DNA of 64,000 nt, from NCBI GenBank assembly GCA_950097015.1, contig CATNEN010000039.1, positions 11,780,001 through 11,844,000 on the forward strand. The letters run 5' to 3'. The position numbers and the translations under genes are program-made. This document shows, one piece after another, positions 35,178 through 48,191 of this stretch; positions within the stretch are counted from its first letter, which is position 1; each line of letters opens with the position of its first letter. This DNA is from Macrostomum hystrix. Its lineage: Eukaryota; Animalia; Platyhelminthes. The notes under the pieces were generated by a model that was not told the origin of the DNA, did not search any database, and saw nothing but the letters and a program-made list of their open reading frames with translations.

Positions 35178-36442
35178 TCAGAGATCCCTGCAGTTGCATC
35201 AGCAATCATCTGAGATCCCTGCAGTTGCATCAGCAATCATCTGAGATCCCTGCAGTTGCATCAGCCATCATCTGAGATCCCTGCAGTTGCATCAGCAATC
35301 ATCAGAGATCCCTGCAGTTGCATCAGCAATCATCTGAGATCCCTGCAGTTGCATCAGCCATCATCTGAGATCCCTGCAGTTGCATCAGCAATCATCAGAG
35401 ATCCCTGCAGTTGCATCAGCAATCATCTGAGATCCCTGCAGTTGCATCAGCCATCATCTGAGATCCCTGCAGTTGCATCAGCAATCATCAGAGATCCCTG
35501 CAGTTGCATCAGCAATCATCTGAGATCCCTGCAGTTGCATCAGCAATCATCTGAGATCCCTGCAGTTGCATCAGCAATCATCAGAGATCCCTGCAGTTGC
35601 ATCAGCTATCATCTGAGATCCCTGCAGTTGCATCAGCAATCATCTGAGATCCCTGCAGTTGCATCAGCAATCATCTGAGATCCCTGCAGTTGCATCAGCA
35701 ATCATCTGAGATCCCTGCAGTTGCATCAGCAATCATCTGAGATCCCTGCAGTTGCATCAGCAATCATCTGAGATCTCTGCAGTTGCATCAGCAATCATCT
35801 GAGATCTCTGCAGTTGCATCAGCAATCGCCTGAGATCCCTGCAGTTGCATCTGCTAGCAATCATCTGAGATCTCTGCAGTTGCATCAGCAATCATCTGAG
35901 ATCCCTGCAGTTGCATCAGCTAGCAATCGCCTGAGATCCCTGCAGTTGCATCAGCTAGCAATCGCCTGAGATCCCTGCAGTTGCATCTGCTAGCAATCAT
36001 CTGAGATCTCTGCAGTTGCATCAGCAATCATCTGAGATCCCTGCAGTTGCATCAGCAATCATCTGAGATCCCTGCAGTTGCATCAGCTAGCAATCATCTG
36101 AGATCCCTGCAGTTGCATCAGCTAGCAATCGCCTGAGATCCCTGCAGTTGCATCAGCTAGCAATCGCCTGAGATCCCTGCAGTTGCATCTGCTAGCAATC
36201 GCCTGAGATCCCTGCAGTTGCATCTGCTAGCAATCGCCTGAGATCCCTGCAGTTGCATCTGCTAGCAATCATCTGAGATCTCTGCAGTTGCATCAGCAAT
36301 CATCTGAGATCCCTGCAGTTGCATCAGCAATCATCTGAGATCCCTGCAGTTGCATCAGCAATCATCTGAGATCGCTGCAGTTGCATCAGCAATCATCTGA
36401 GATCCCTGCAGTTGCATCTGCTAGCAATCGCCTGAGATCTCT
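35178..36442. repeat. 31/35-bp minisatellite (tctgagatccctgcagttgcatcagcaatca)n
   Basis: Direct tandem repeats; the 3' half carries 4-bp insertion variants. Confidence 0.95.
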
Positions 36443-36842
36443 CGGATTTTGTAGTCCATATCAGCCGCAAGTGTGGTAGAAGCTGACCTCCCTCAAAACT
36501 GTACATTAGCCTTCCCACCAAAGCCAGACTTTCGTATTCTGACTAATCTTTCCCAGTCTATGAATCTGTTTGCCCTCGACCGCACGGCCTCAGAAATCTC
36601 ATTGCAGGCCTTTTTCTTAGAGCAGCATAGTTGGCCCTTAACCCCCCACCATTTTGAGTTGAGTTTGAGCAGTCGGTCGAGCGGGGGGTTGGTTGGTGGC
36701 CTGTTGCTAGTATGTTAGTTCTCTCTCCGCCTACACTGAGCACTCGGCACCAGCAGCCCAAGCCAACTCTCCCTCTTCCTTCTCACAACCCTGATCCCAG
36801 ATTTCCCGAGCCCCTAATTTTGACCCTTCATGCAGCGGCGGC

Positions 36843-36849
36843 TATAAAA
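36843..36849 (+). promoter_or_regulatory. Candidate TATA box of the RBMS/shep gene
   Basis: TATAAAA in a GC-rich context about 200 bp upstream of the ATG at 37042. Confidence 0.5.
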
Positions 36850-37041
36850 TCTCCCCCAGTACCAAACTCACAGACATAGATCTATTAAGCTATCTGGTCT
36901 AGCGGAACCGGAGTTCAGAAGCCGCCTCGACCGGGTTAAATATCTCGACAGATTGGCAGCTCCATTAAGTCTATTGGCATTTTAATCTCGCTTCCTTTTT
37001 GACAGACTTTGCTTTATCTTTTATTAGCTTATCTTGCCTGA

Positions 37042-37161
37042 ATGGCACTAAAAAGGCGGCATCACGAATTCAGCATCTGCAGCTCGGCCGGCTCTTACAG
37101 CTTCTTGTCCCCTGCTGCAGAACTGGTCACACTGCCACACCTGCCTGCCATGGTGAGTCTG

Positions 37162-37242
<81 letters not shown>

Positions 37243-40200
37243 TCATATGAAGTGACTTCACTCAAAACTATTCACTCCAAATGTACGAGCCTACTTTAAC
37301 CAGCACGGAACTCAGTCGGCGAAGGAGTTCAGCCGCCGTGACGTTGTCGGTGGCGACGGCTGCAGCACGAATTTGTACATCCGCGGACTGTTGCCGACTG
37401 ACACGGACGAGTCTGTTCGCCGACTTGTTACCGAATGCTGCCCGGCTAGCCTCTGCGAACAGATTAACTCCACCAAGGCTGTGATGGACGACCGGTCCGG
37501 GCTGTGTAAAGGTGCGCCACCTGCTGTCTACTACCCCAGCCTTGGTGTAGTGTGGTGTAGTAGCTAAAAGTCTGACTTCTACCCCCAGCCTGTCTGTCTT
37601 CTACCCCCAGCAAGTCAGCCTTCTACCCACAGCAAGTCAGCCTATACTACCGCCAGCCTGCCTGCTTACTACCACCCAGACTGTCTGTCTACTACCCCCA
37701 GCCTGTCTGACTTCTACCCCCAGCCTGTCAGCCTTCTACCCCCAGCAAGTCAGCCTTCTACCCACAGCAAGTCAGCCTATACTACCGCCAGCCTGCCTGC
37801 TTACTACCCCAGACTGTCTGTCTACTACCCTCAGCCTGTCTGACTTCTACCCCCAGCCTGTCAGCCTTCTACCCCCAGCAAGTCAGCCTTCTACCCCCAG
37901 CAAGTCAGCCTATACTACCGCCAGCCTGCCTGCTTACTACCCCCCAGACTGTCTGTCTACTACCCCCAGCCTGTCTGTCTATTACCCCCAGCCTGTCTGA
38001 CTTCTACCCCAGCCTGTCTGACTTCTACCCCCAGCCTGTCAGCCTTCTACCCCCAGGCTATCTATCAACTACCCCAGCCTTTCTGTCTGTCCCTAGTCTC
38101 TCCCCTGTGCCCCCTCTGTCTCCCATTCATACAATGTTTTCCTTGACCAGCTGTCAGTCGAATCATCAATCATCCCTAATCCATTTGTCAGCTCGTCTAA
38201 GCTTCCAATATTAAAAGCTTGTCTCCTGCTTGTTTCTGTAGCTGCTAATTCTGGCTTTGACTACGTATTTCTAATGTCCTCCTGCGCTTCGCGTCCTGAG
38301 TCCCCTGTTGAAAATTAATTTCTTGTTTATTTTCCTAATCCAATGCCAATTTTTTTATAGGCTCATGAGAAATGCTCCAATTGTCGGCCTTTCACACTGT
38401 ACTGCTTCCGTCCGATTTCTAAGCCACGCTAAACAGTTTGACTGATCCCAATTCGAGAAATCTTTGCGGCTCGCAAGCACACTTCTGTTTCCGATACAGC
38501 AGTCGATTAAATTTGTCTTAGTGCTCAGCTAATAAGTGTCTGAGCTAAGGGCGCTTTTGTCAATACTGTTAGCGCGCAATCTTAATTGATTATTTTCTTG
38601 TTGCTTCCCCCCCCGATGGTCTTGCTTCTAGGCCGGCGATTGGCCTACTTGGTTGCTATGAGCTCTAGTCACAGCCAAGCGTGCGTCGTGACGATTTGTT
38701 CGAAACCCAATTCGGTTCTCCGCCCCTATAGTCAGACAAGCAGGAGCGGATCCCGGGTTCGTTATCCCAGTTGTTGGACGGGATCTCCTCGATCCCGCCA
38801 CGCGACAGCTGAGAACTGCCAAAAAACTACTCAAGCGAATAAGGCTAATGGAACCCCCCCCCCGGGGCCGGAGTTTGCTGCATTGCGAAATTTCGGTAGG
38901 ACTTGAAATCGATTTAAAAAATGGATTTTTAAATGCCTTTTTTCTATTGTAGGCTATGGCTTCGTCGACTTTCTGGACCAGGGCCTCGCGGCTCAGGCCA
39001 TGGAGGCCATTCTGAAAGCAGCACCAAGGGCTGGCCGACTGCAAGTGAATTTTGCCAGGGTAAGAGCTGGGGAATAGATGGGCGAGAGCTGGGGAATAGA
39101 TGGGTGAGAGCTGGGGAATAGATGGGCGAGAGCTGGGGAATAGATGGGCGAGAGCTGGGGAATAGATGGTCGAGAGCTGGGGAATAGATGGGCGAGAGCT
39201 TGGGAATAGATGGGCGAGAGCTGGGGAATAGATGGGCGAGAGCTGGGGAATAGATGGGTGAGAGCTGGGAATAGATGGTCATGAGCTGGGAATAGATGGT
39301 TATGAGCTGGGAATAGAAGGTTATGAGCTGGGAATAGATGGTTATGAGCTGGGAATAGATGGTTATGAGCTGGGAATAGATGGTTATGAGCTGGGAATAG
39401 AAGGTTATGAGCTGGGAATAGATTATTATGAGCTGGGAATAGATGGTTATGAGCTGGGAATAGATGGTTATGAGCTGGGAATAGATGGTTATGAGCTGGG
39501 TATAGAAGGTTATGAGCTGGGAATAGATGGTTATGAGCTGGGAATAGATGTGTGAGAGATAGTGAGTAGATGTTAGCATAATCTCACAGAATCTTCTCAG
39601 TTCAGACTAAATCAGTCAGTCAGTCAGTCAGTTTCAAGTCTAGAAAACTTCTTTCGACTTTCGAAAATTCCCACAGTTATATTTTTCCCAGTTTTTGTGT
39701 CCCACTTTCTCTCCAGTATTTGTCTAGTCCTGTCTCCATGGTGCGGCCTGAACCCTCAACTCAATCTTTCCTCAAACATAAGGTTTTCGAACTATATACT
39801 CTTGAAGGTCTGAGCCCACTCGCTTCATTAATATTTATAGACGATTTCTGCGGTCTGCAACCCGAATTGGGTAAAAATTTACCACTGCAAAACCGACTGA
39901 GGGCTGAAAATCCTTCCTGCAGTTAAGGACCAAGCTTAAAGCTTAATCGAACTCCTCTGTGTGGCTTGTGTGATACATGATTGCATGGGACTTGGGATAA
40001 ATTTCGGATTAAAGAGAAGTTAGAATGCCGTAATCGGGTAGTGGGAATCCAGGATTGGAGGGAGTGGGAATCCGGGATCGCAGGGAGTAGGAATCCGGGA
40101 TTGCAGGGAGTAGAAATTCGGGATTGCAGGGAGTGTAAATCCAGGATATCAGGGAGTGGAAATACGGGATTGCAGGGAGTGGGGATCCAGGATTGAGGGA

Positions 40201-43200
40201 GTGGGAATCTGGGATTGCAGTAGTGGAATTCAGGATTACAGGGAGTGAGAATCCAAGATTGCAGGGAGTGGGGATCCGGGTTTGCAGGGAGTGGGGATCC
40301 GGGTTTGCAGGGAGTGGGGATCCGGTATTGCAGGGAGTGGGGATTCGGGATTGCAGGGAGTGGGGATCCGGGTTTGCAGGGATTGGGGATCCGGGTTTGC
40401 AGGGAGTGGGGATCCGGTATTGCAGGGAGTGGGGATTCGGGTTTGCAGGGATTGGGGATCCGGGTTTGCAGGGAGTGGGGATCCGGGTTTGCAGGGAGTG
40501 GGGATCCGGGTTTGCAGGGAGTGGGGATCCGGGTTTGCAGGGAGTGGGGATCCGGGATTGCAGGGAGTGGGGATCCGGGTTTGCAGGGAGTAGGAATCCG
40601 GGACTGCCGGGAGTGCGAAAATAATTGTGATTGGGAGAGCCAGAATCCAGGATTAAGGAATGGGAATGTAAATCGGGATTTCGGAATTGCGAATCTGAAT
40701 TAAAAAGAATGACAATCCTGCTTTGAAAAAAAGTGAAAACCTGGCAAGAATGGAGTGGGGATTAAGAGATTTTTGCAATCATTAATCAAATTATTGAAGT
40801 TTACAATCACACCAAAAATCCAATATTTTTTGCAGGCCAAAGAGGTAATTTTGCCACATAATGAATAATTTGCCGTATTGAGTATTTCTAAGCAATAATA
40901 ATCATCATTTTACTGTCGTATACTTGTTGTTTTGGCAAAACCGGAAATATTTTTTCTGGACTATCATTAACAATAGAGAGACTGTTCCGTCAGCGTCAGC
41001 GTTCATCGTTTAGGGCGGAGCATTTTGATTCTTATAATGGACTTTTATGAAAATCGGTCAAATACGTAGTTTCCGAGCCATCCTGAAGTGGGCAGTTGGC
41101 ATTGGAAATAATCATGTTTGGTCTCCCCAACAAGATAGCGTGGTCTTTCTACTGTTAAGTAGTCCTTGTTTTTTGTTGTCCTATTGTCGGCCTTAGTCTT
41201 ATACTGCATGCCTCAATGATAGTAAGCCAATAGTATTGAATTTGTTATACAATTGATGCTTTGTTTTGATCGCTAAACAAAAAATATTGAGGGTAAACCT
41301 TAAGTTTTGTTTTTTGAAGATGCACAATTTGCCGTTTGATAATCAGACTTTGTACTCGTAACTACGAGTAAATCGTAACTCGTATAACTAGGTGTATGAT
41401 TTTATTCTGGTGAAATTTTATGAACATTATAATTATGTTTATTTTGTATTCCATTATTTTTTATTATAATTAATTATTATCAGCCCGGCTGCAGAAGGTA
41501 AAGTATAGGTGTCCGTTTTTATTTTATCTTGGAAAATATATTTTATAATTTATATATACTAGATTCAGATGGTCATTATAAATTACATCTTATTTTTGTT
41601 TCAGTTTCAGTTGACGACCAATAAATAAAGCAACGTCAGTCGCGCGGTAAAAAAAGTAATTTTAAAGATTGCCACAAATGGTCTGATGAAATCCCCAAAG
41701 AATCATGATCAGATTAAAAAAAGTGCTTTATTCCATAAAAACCATATAGTCCGATTACACATTTAACATCCACCCGATAGACTTCTCATAGTCCCACTTC
41801 ACCATCGCATATTGAGGCGTAATTTAATTGGTTAAACTGCGTATTACACAAAATCTGGAGCCGATGATAACGTCTTAAAGTCTATACTCGAACACGATAA
41901 TCCGAGTTTTATTTGCTCAACTAATTTACGAGTTGTCCATAACTTTTTTCATCTGTTCTTAAAACTTTCTGCGGTTTAATATATCTGTCATTTTTTTACA
42001 ATTCAATCCCGTCATTTTTAAAGTACACAAATTAAAGATGATAACCCGGCCCAGATCCTCTTATTCAATTCGTTTATAGTTCTTAATCGAATTCTTTTTT
42101 AATTCATTTTTACAGATTTGCTTTTTAGGTACATTTAGTCCCGACAAATACCGCGTTGATCCTACTGGCGCTAAATATTTTTAACACGTACTGCATCACT
42201 AATTCACAAAAATTCAATATTAACTGTACTTAATTACAGGGTTGTGGACCAAATTAACTTAAAAGTGGTAGAAAATAAAGTAAAAATCGTTAATCGTTAT
42301 AAGCGCTAAACTTCTCAATCGTAATTGAAACGTTTTACATCCTTCTCGAATAATTTATTGATCAGCGCGAGGACTTTTTCACTGGTTACACAACACGCTT
42401 AACAACAACATAGTTCAGACTTCATGTTAATGTTAATTACCGAACTAATAACTAACTAATTAACTTTATTAAACTAACACGACATACGGCGACTGCATCA
42501 CCATGCAGCTAGTGTTTTTGAACGTACGTTTTTTTACAGCTTCAAACCTAAAACTAGTTACTAAAACTTCGATGCCTATCAACGCACTTTCAGGAGCCCG
42601 AGAAGGATCCAACCAATGTTTACATCAAGAACCTGCCGACCCGCGCCGAGTGCAACGAGGACTGGCTGTTCAGAGCGCTCGGCCAGGAGCTCGTCGGCTC
42701 CGTATCTGGCCGCATAGTCTCCTGCCGGGTGATGCGACTGAGCGAGGCATCGACAGGCGAGCCAGGCAGCGTCGTCAGGCTAGGAGCCAACGGTGCCACG
42801 GGCGCCGGTTTCATTCGCTTCGAGACGGAGCGAGACGCTCTGGCCGCAGTGGCGCACATCAATCGAAACGGCGCCGCCTTAGCCCAGAAGCTAGGCGCGG
42901 CCAGGCCGATGGAGGCCAAACTGGCTGACAAGACCAATCAGCGCAGACGCCAGAGGGCGGCAGCTGCTGCGGCTGCAGCTGCCGCGGCCGTTTCCGCTGC
43001 TGTAGCAGCTGCCACCGCTGGCGGTATGCAGCAGGCTTTATCAACGCCTCAAACGGCAACAACGTCACTCGCTTTGACTGCACTGTCGCAGTTTCCGTCG
43101 CTACTGCCGTCGATGCAGCCGCAGCAGACGGCACCGCAGGCTGCGTCGCTGCCACAGTCGGCCCTGGCCAGTTTAGTCTATGGCCAGCAGGTCAACCTGG

Positions 43201-44280
43201 CTCAGCCTGTTGCCAGATTTCAGCCAGGTGTCTCTGCCCCTAGCTACATTCTAACAACATCTGGTTTGATCGCATCGAACCAACAGTCGGTACGTATACG
43301 CCACTTAACAACAAAGACCGCGATTAGGATCGCGAGTAGAAGCAAACTACGGAAAACTACGTTTCTTAGAAAAAACTCTAGGAGGCAGATTTTCGCTGAA
43401 AAATACACGATGAAAAAATGAGATTTTTCACTTTTTACGCTAACTTGACCGACATTAAAAACATTAAGTCATCGCAGAGATCTTTGATAATTGATCAGCG
43501 AATTGAGAAAACGAATATATAATTCTGATAGTCCTGGTTTTGTTGTTTCTGCAGCGTATAGCATTTTTAGGCAGGAAAGTTTTAGGCAGGAAATGTATAG
43601 GAAATCGGGAAATATTATCAAATCGATGTCTTCAAAACCAAAGCTTAACAGAAATCTATGAAAATATAAATTCGGAAACTAACATCAATAGATAATCCTT
43701 TGATCCGCGTCCGATCAGATAAAGTCCCTAAATTTGAGCTAAAAAAACGAAAAATATCATTTTATCTCCGCAAGTGCATTTTTCGGCGAAAACCATGCAG
43801 CCTCCTAAATAATCTCGAATAAATATATTCCATGATTGCATGTGTTTAATTTGTCCTGGTTTTTTACGCGCGCCTAGAACGAGCTTGAAACCTCTAATCT
43901 TGAATTTATGTCCTCAGCGAAACCCCTGGCCTGTCGGTGGATATGACGCCGGTGCAGCGGCTGCGGCTGCCGCAGCCTACGCCTCAGCAGCTGCCGCCGC
44001 CGCCTGCCCCGCCACGCTGTCGTCTCAGATGCAGCCAGCACTGCAGCATCAGCAGCAGCAGCAGCTGCAGCAATTTCAGCAGCAGTATTTGCAGCAACCA
44101 TCTGCACTGTTTGCTGATCTCAGCTCCAGCATCGCGGCTGCTTCATTTTATCCCCATCAGCAGCAGCAGCATCAGGTGATGTCGTGTGATCCAACGTCTG
44201 CCGCCGCAGCATTTCAAACCGCTGCAGTTGGCATGTATCAGCAGCTGGCAAGCTCTCCTGTCGAACAGCAGCAGCTGTAA
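37042..44280 (+). CDS. shep: RBMS/MSSP (alan shepard, SUP-26) family two-RRM RNA-binding protein, 5 exons
   Basis: Exons 37042-37152, 37304-37511, 38953-39059, 42594-43289 and 43918-44280. RRM1 STNLYIRGL...STKAVMDDRSGLCKG|YGFVDF; linker and RRM2 NFAR|EPEKDPTNVYIKNLP...GAGFIRFE...KLADK, as in RBMS1 (TNLYIRGL...CKGYGFVDF...EQDPTNLYISNLP). Ala/Gln-rich tail. Confidence 0.88.
37159..37240. repeat. (ATCT)n / GATA microsatellite
   Basis: About 20 units starting directly after the exon-1 donor. Confidence 0.95.
37520..38090. repeat. C-rich minisatellite, about 22-bp unit (ctacccccagcctgtctgactt-like)
   Basis: Degenerate tandem units at the start of shep intron 2. Confidence 0.9.
39063..39552. repeat. 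G-rich 22/21-bp minisatellite (gagctggggaatagatgggcga, then gagctgggaatagatggttat)
   Basis: Begins within the exon-3 donor consensus (gtaagagctgggg). Confidence 0.95.
40035..40620. repeat. G-rich 23-bp minisatellite (gcagggagtggggatccgggttt)n
   Basis: Tandem units with three G-runs each; G-quadruplex potential on the sense strand. Confidence 0.92.
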
Positions 44281-44639
44281 TAGTGCATGGGCAGAGCATC
44301 GAGACTTCACGGAGATTTTCAGCAACTTTCTCTTTTAAGGACTAATTGTTAATCTGTCTTTTCAAAACAATTAGCGGTCACTTTCTCCTTAAATAAATAT
44401 TTGCTTTGAATAAAAATAAACGTCAATAAATATAAACGACTTGCGAAAGCGTCGCAAGCCTACTGATCTACATGGATTAAAACACGTCTAAGCAGTCATC
44501 TAACGTTTTCAGTTGATTGTCGTGAAAAACTGATTGCATGGAATGTCCTTCTTGAGCTAAAGTGGGCGACGACCTTTGAAAACTACGAGTATTTGTCTCT
44601 TTCCTCGGCCATCACAGAAAGATTGAAACTATAGATTTT

Positions 44640-45740
44640 TCGACCGGGAACGCAGTCGGCTGATTAGCTGCGACACGGTACAGCCGTAGGTCGTTCTATC
44701 TGGCATCATCGGTTACGTCTGTGCTAGACCCGCAACCTCCGGCACTAGTGTTCCGGCCCTATCGCTACACTGTGATACTGGGTACAGATACAGGCCCTCC
44801 GCCGCATCACTACCAGTCAATCCCGGCTTAATTTGTTATAGGTTTGTTAAACTCCTCAAGACCTTCGACTTGTTGGCCCATGGCTCGCCGCCTCGCGTGT
44901 TCCGAGTCTACAACGTGCCGCAGCAGCAAAATTACTGCCATCATGGCGCGGTAAGACGACACCATCCGCTGCGGTAGTGAAGCCAGACGGCCTGTCAGAC
45001 TGATCGTTCAGCACGACCTCGGGAGATCGGTGCTATAGGGGGGCGGGGGAAGGCTAGCGCCTTTTCTCTTCGCACTGGTGATGCACTCGGTGCTACGGAC
45101 TGGCCTGCCATCCGCGGACGACGGTTTTCTGCTGTGACGGCGCTTCGCCTGCGGCACCCCAAGAAGAGACCCTGTTCTTTCGGCTATGCAGATGACATTG
45201 CGGCTGCTGGACGGCCTGACAATGGCGGCGGCGAGGATCGGTCTCGTCGTAAACTTGTAGAACACAGGCGCTGACAGTGCCGCACCATCTGCCTGCCAAT
45301 ATTCTGCTTCAAGACGACAGCGGCTGCACGGGACACTAGACTCCCGAGGTGCGGCTAGGCGGACTCGGGCCGGACCTGGGCGACGAAATGGCGAGGCAGC
45401 GCGGCAAGGCCTGGGCCACATTTCTTTCAGTCCGGATGGTTGCTCTCAGACGCACAGATAGACAGCACCAGCTGGTCACTGCTATTCCAGGCGGTCGTAG
45501 AAACCGTGCTACTTTACGAAGCGGAAACCTGGACGCTGACCGAGGTGCTCGAAGGGCAACTTAACAACTTAATGCCTGCGTTGGCAGGACACGTAATCAG
45601 GGCAGAAGCCTACTGCCCCGAGATGCTGCTAGGACGTCGTTTCTGTGGACCGCGCAGGTGCGGACAGGGACGGTCGGACCGCTACATCGATATAACTTTA
45701 TCTCGCGCACGAGCTCGAGTCAAGCTGACGGAGTAAGGCA
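44640..45740 (+). mobile_element. Decayed, internally deleted non-LTR retrotransposon (RTE-like reverse transcriptase remnant)
   Basis: Frameshifted RT motifs: AVVKPDGLSD*SFSTTSG..., LAPFLFALVMHSVLR, GYADDI (ggctatgcagatgacatt near 45182) and LFQAVVETVLLYEAETWTLT. Boundaries are approximate. Confidence 0.85.
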
Positions 45741-47729
45741 TATTTTGCGAACTTGCCCTAAAGCGCATGTTTTGACGCTCCTCGGTCCCTTTTCTGGGAC
45801 ACTGCGTGGCCGGCAGTTGCGTGTTTTTTTCTTTATCGATTATTTGTTTTTATTTCAATACAAAACCATAAAACATTAGTTTAGTTGCTTAATAGTTATT
45901 TTGTTATTGAGTTGCTTAATAAACTATCATACTCACAATTAAATTTATCGCGTCCTGAAAGATTCCATCTATGAGACCCAGCGATAAAAAAGTAAATAAT
46001 TTTCCTTACTGTCATCTACTCGTATGTCATCTATTTGCTGACGCCGGCTTTTTTAAGGCTAGGCTTTCCAAGAAAGCGGAGAAGCCCTTAATTTTTCACG
46101 TTAATGCGTTTATGAAGCTTTAGTCTCTTGCGGTGCATCAAATGAATTGCTTGTAGTCAGTTTTTAATTTTTCATCAGGTTTTTCATGTAGTCAGTACAT
46201 TAGTGTGTTGACAAGAGCAATACAGTTTAAGTAAATACAGCATCTGCATGTTACGCAACTGGAAGTCTGATGCAAATACAAGTAGGTTGTACTCTGTTTT
46301 CTGTAATCTAATCCATCTGTTCCATGTTCTCCTTCTCTACTCCTTTGCGGTGTTCTCTCCTCCCTCTCCTTCTCTTTTGCTTTGTTCTTTCTCCCTCTCT
46401 ATGCTAAGCGCTATTTTTCTTTTCTTTATTTTTTTTTCTCTTTTTGACCTTGTTTGGTACTAAATTTTGCAATATCTTGCAAAATTTTGCTATATTTTGC
46501 AATATTCATATATTAGCTTTATGCTAATATATGATAAATGTCTATTTCACTTCGTTATCTTCTCTTTTTTTGTCTCCCTAAGCTTTTTTCGTGCCTCGTT
46601 ATTTTTCTCGCCCATTCTCCCCATGTGCTCCTATTATTTGCATTTTCTTTGCTGCTAATATAATTTTTTGTTTCTTACATCGTTATCTTCGTTTGCTTTT
46701 CGATTTTCGCACTTTTTCAAACTTTCAATTAATTGTTTCGTGATCTTCGTGTTTCGCGATTTTACCACGATTTATAATTTATCTAAATGTAAATCTAAAT
46801 GTAAATCTAAATCTAAATCTAAATCTAATGTTATCTAAATCTAAATGTCATAATAAAAATATACCCGTTACACTTTATTGGCCAAACAGGCATCTTGCCT
46901 GAGCCAACAACAACAACTACTACTGTAGTTTGTACTTATGTACAAAAACAGTGGAAATAGAAGACTCTACAGTACAGTCTGCAACAAAAATAGGCCCCCT
47001 AACATGCATAGGCCTATAATAGGCCTAGGCACTATTGTTATTACATTCAGCGGAGGTCCCCAATGTCAAAGTATTTTTGTGTAAAGCACCCCTAGCCTAG
47101 GCCTAGGCCCTATGTGCTTCAAAGAATATTGTAATGTAAAGCTCTAAATGACTTGAACATGAATAACTAAAGCTTGCATCCATGTGCTTGAAAAAAATGC
47201 ATTCCTTTAGCAAACCCATTTCAGTAAAATGTTATATTCATGTCTTTAGCTACTCAATTTATGAAGTAATAGAAGTATAATATATAATAATAATATAATA
47301 TAATATAAGTAGTATATTTATTTTGTCTTTCCTGGCTACTATTCTTTTTAATTTAAATTTCGTATTTTGTAATATTATAAAAATAGTTTTTTAAAGTTTA
47401 ATTTATAAAGGTAGCATTTACCATGATTTAATATTCAATATTTTAGCATTGAGTTCATATAGTCCTATATAAGCAAATCATACAAAATTAGGGCCTATTG
47501 AGTCTTTTGGGTTGTCTTTTGTATACTTATAGTAAGCATCTTAAGAGAGTAATGACTAACTAGTTGTTTCTTTGTGAGTCTTGTTTTGAGCTCAAAGTTA
47601 CATTTGTCTAGAAAAAACTCAGGCATTTTTGTGCAGTTTGTGTAACTATGTAACAGTTTCAGTAAGAGTTTGGACTACTTGACAATCAAAGAAATATATA
47701 TAATTAGCTGCTCATTGGCTATGGACGGA

Positions 47730-48061
47730 CCATAGTCAGGAAGGTGGCCTCTGAGGGGGGAAATTCCCGTGCACACAAATGGTCTCAGGGGACATTGGCA
47801 CACAAGCGCGGCGCACAAAAAGGGTCTCGGCGCACATTGCCGCACAAGAGCTATGCACACAAAGGGTCTCAACACACATTGGTGCATTAGCATGGCACAT
47901 ATAACGGTGTATCATATGCCCTTAGGGTTAACATATGGTGCTTTTCTGTGTAAGGTCAGGGTTAGGGGACAGAAACAGTGCATAGAGGGCGCAAAGATGG
48001 CACATAGATTGTCTCTCCAAAATTTATTCCAGTGCATGCTGTGCCACCTTCCTGACTATGG
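47730..48061. mobile_element. MITE-like element with perfect 19-bp terminal inverted repeats
   Basis: ccatagtcaggaaggtggc (47730-47748) and gccaccttcctgactatgg (48043-48061). Non-coding interior with gcaca and ttaggg-like motifs. Confidence 0.8.
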
Positions 48062-48191
48062 GCTACAGGTCAATTGATGCCAAATGACATATCAGTGCCC
48101 TAAGGTCCCTAAATAAAATGCTGCTAGAATAGTGTTGTGTTATTTTTTTCAGACCTAGCTCAACCACACAGTTTAGCCTAAATAAAATAGC

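Noticed and set aside
27935-36442. CRISPR-like arrays (24-35-bp repeats)
   Set aside because: Units are head-to-tail with no unique spacers, there are no cas genes, and the context is eukaryotic.
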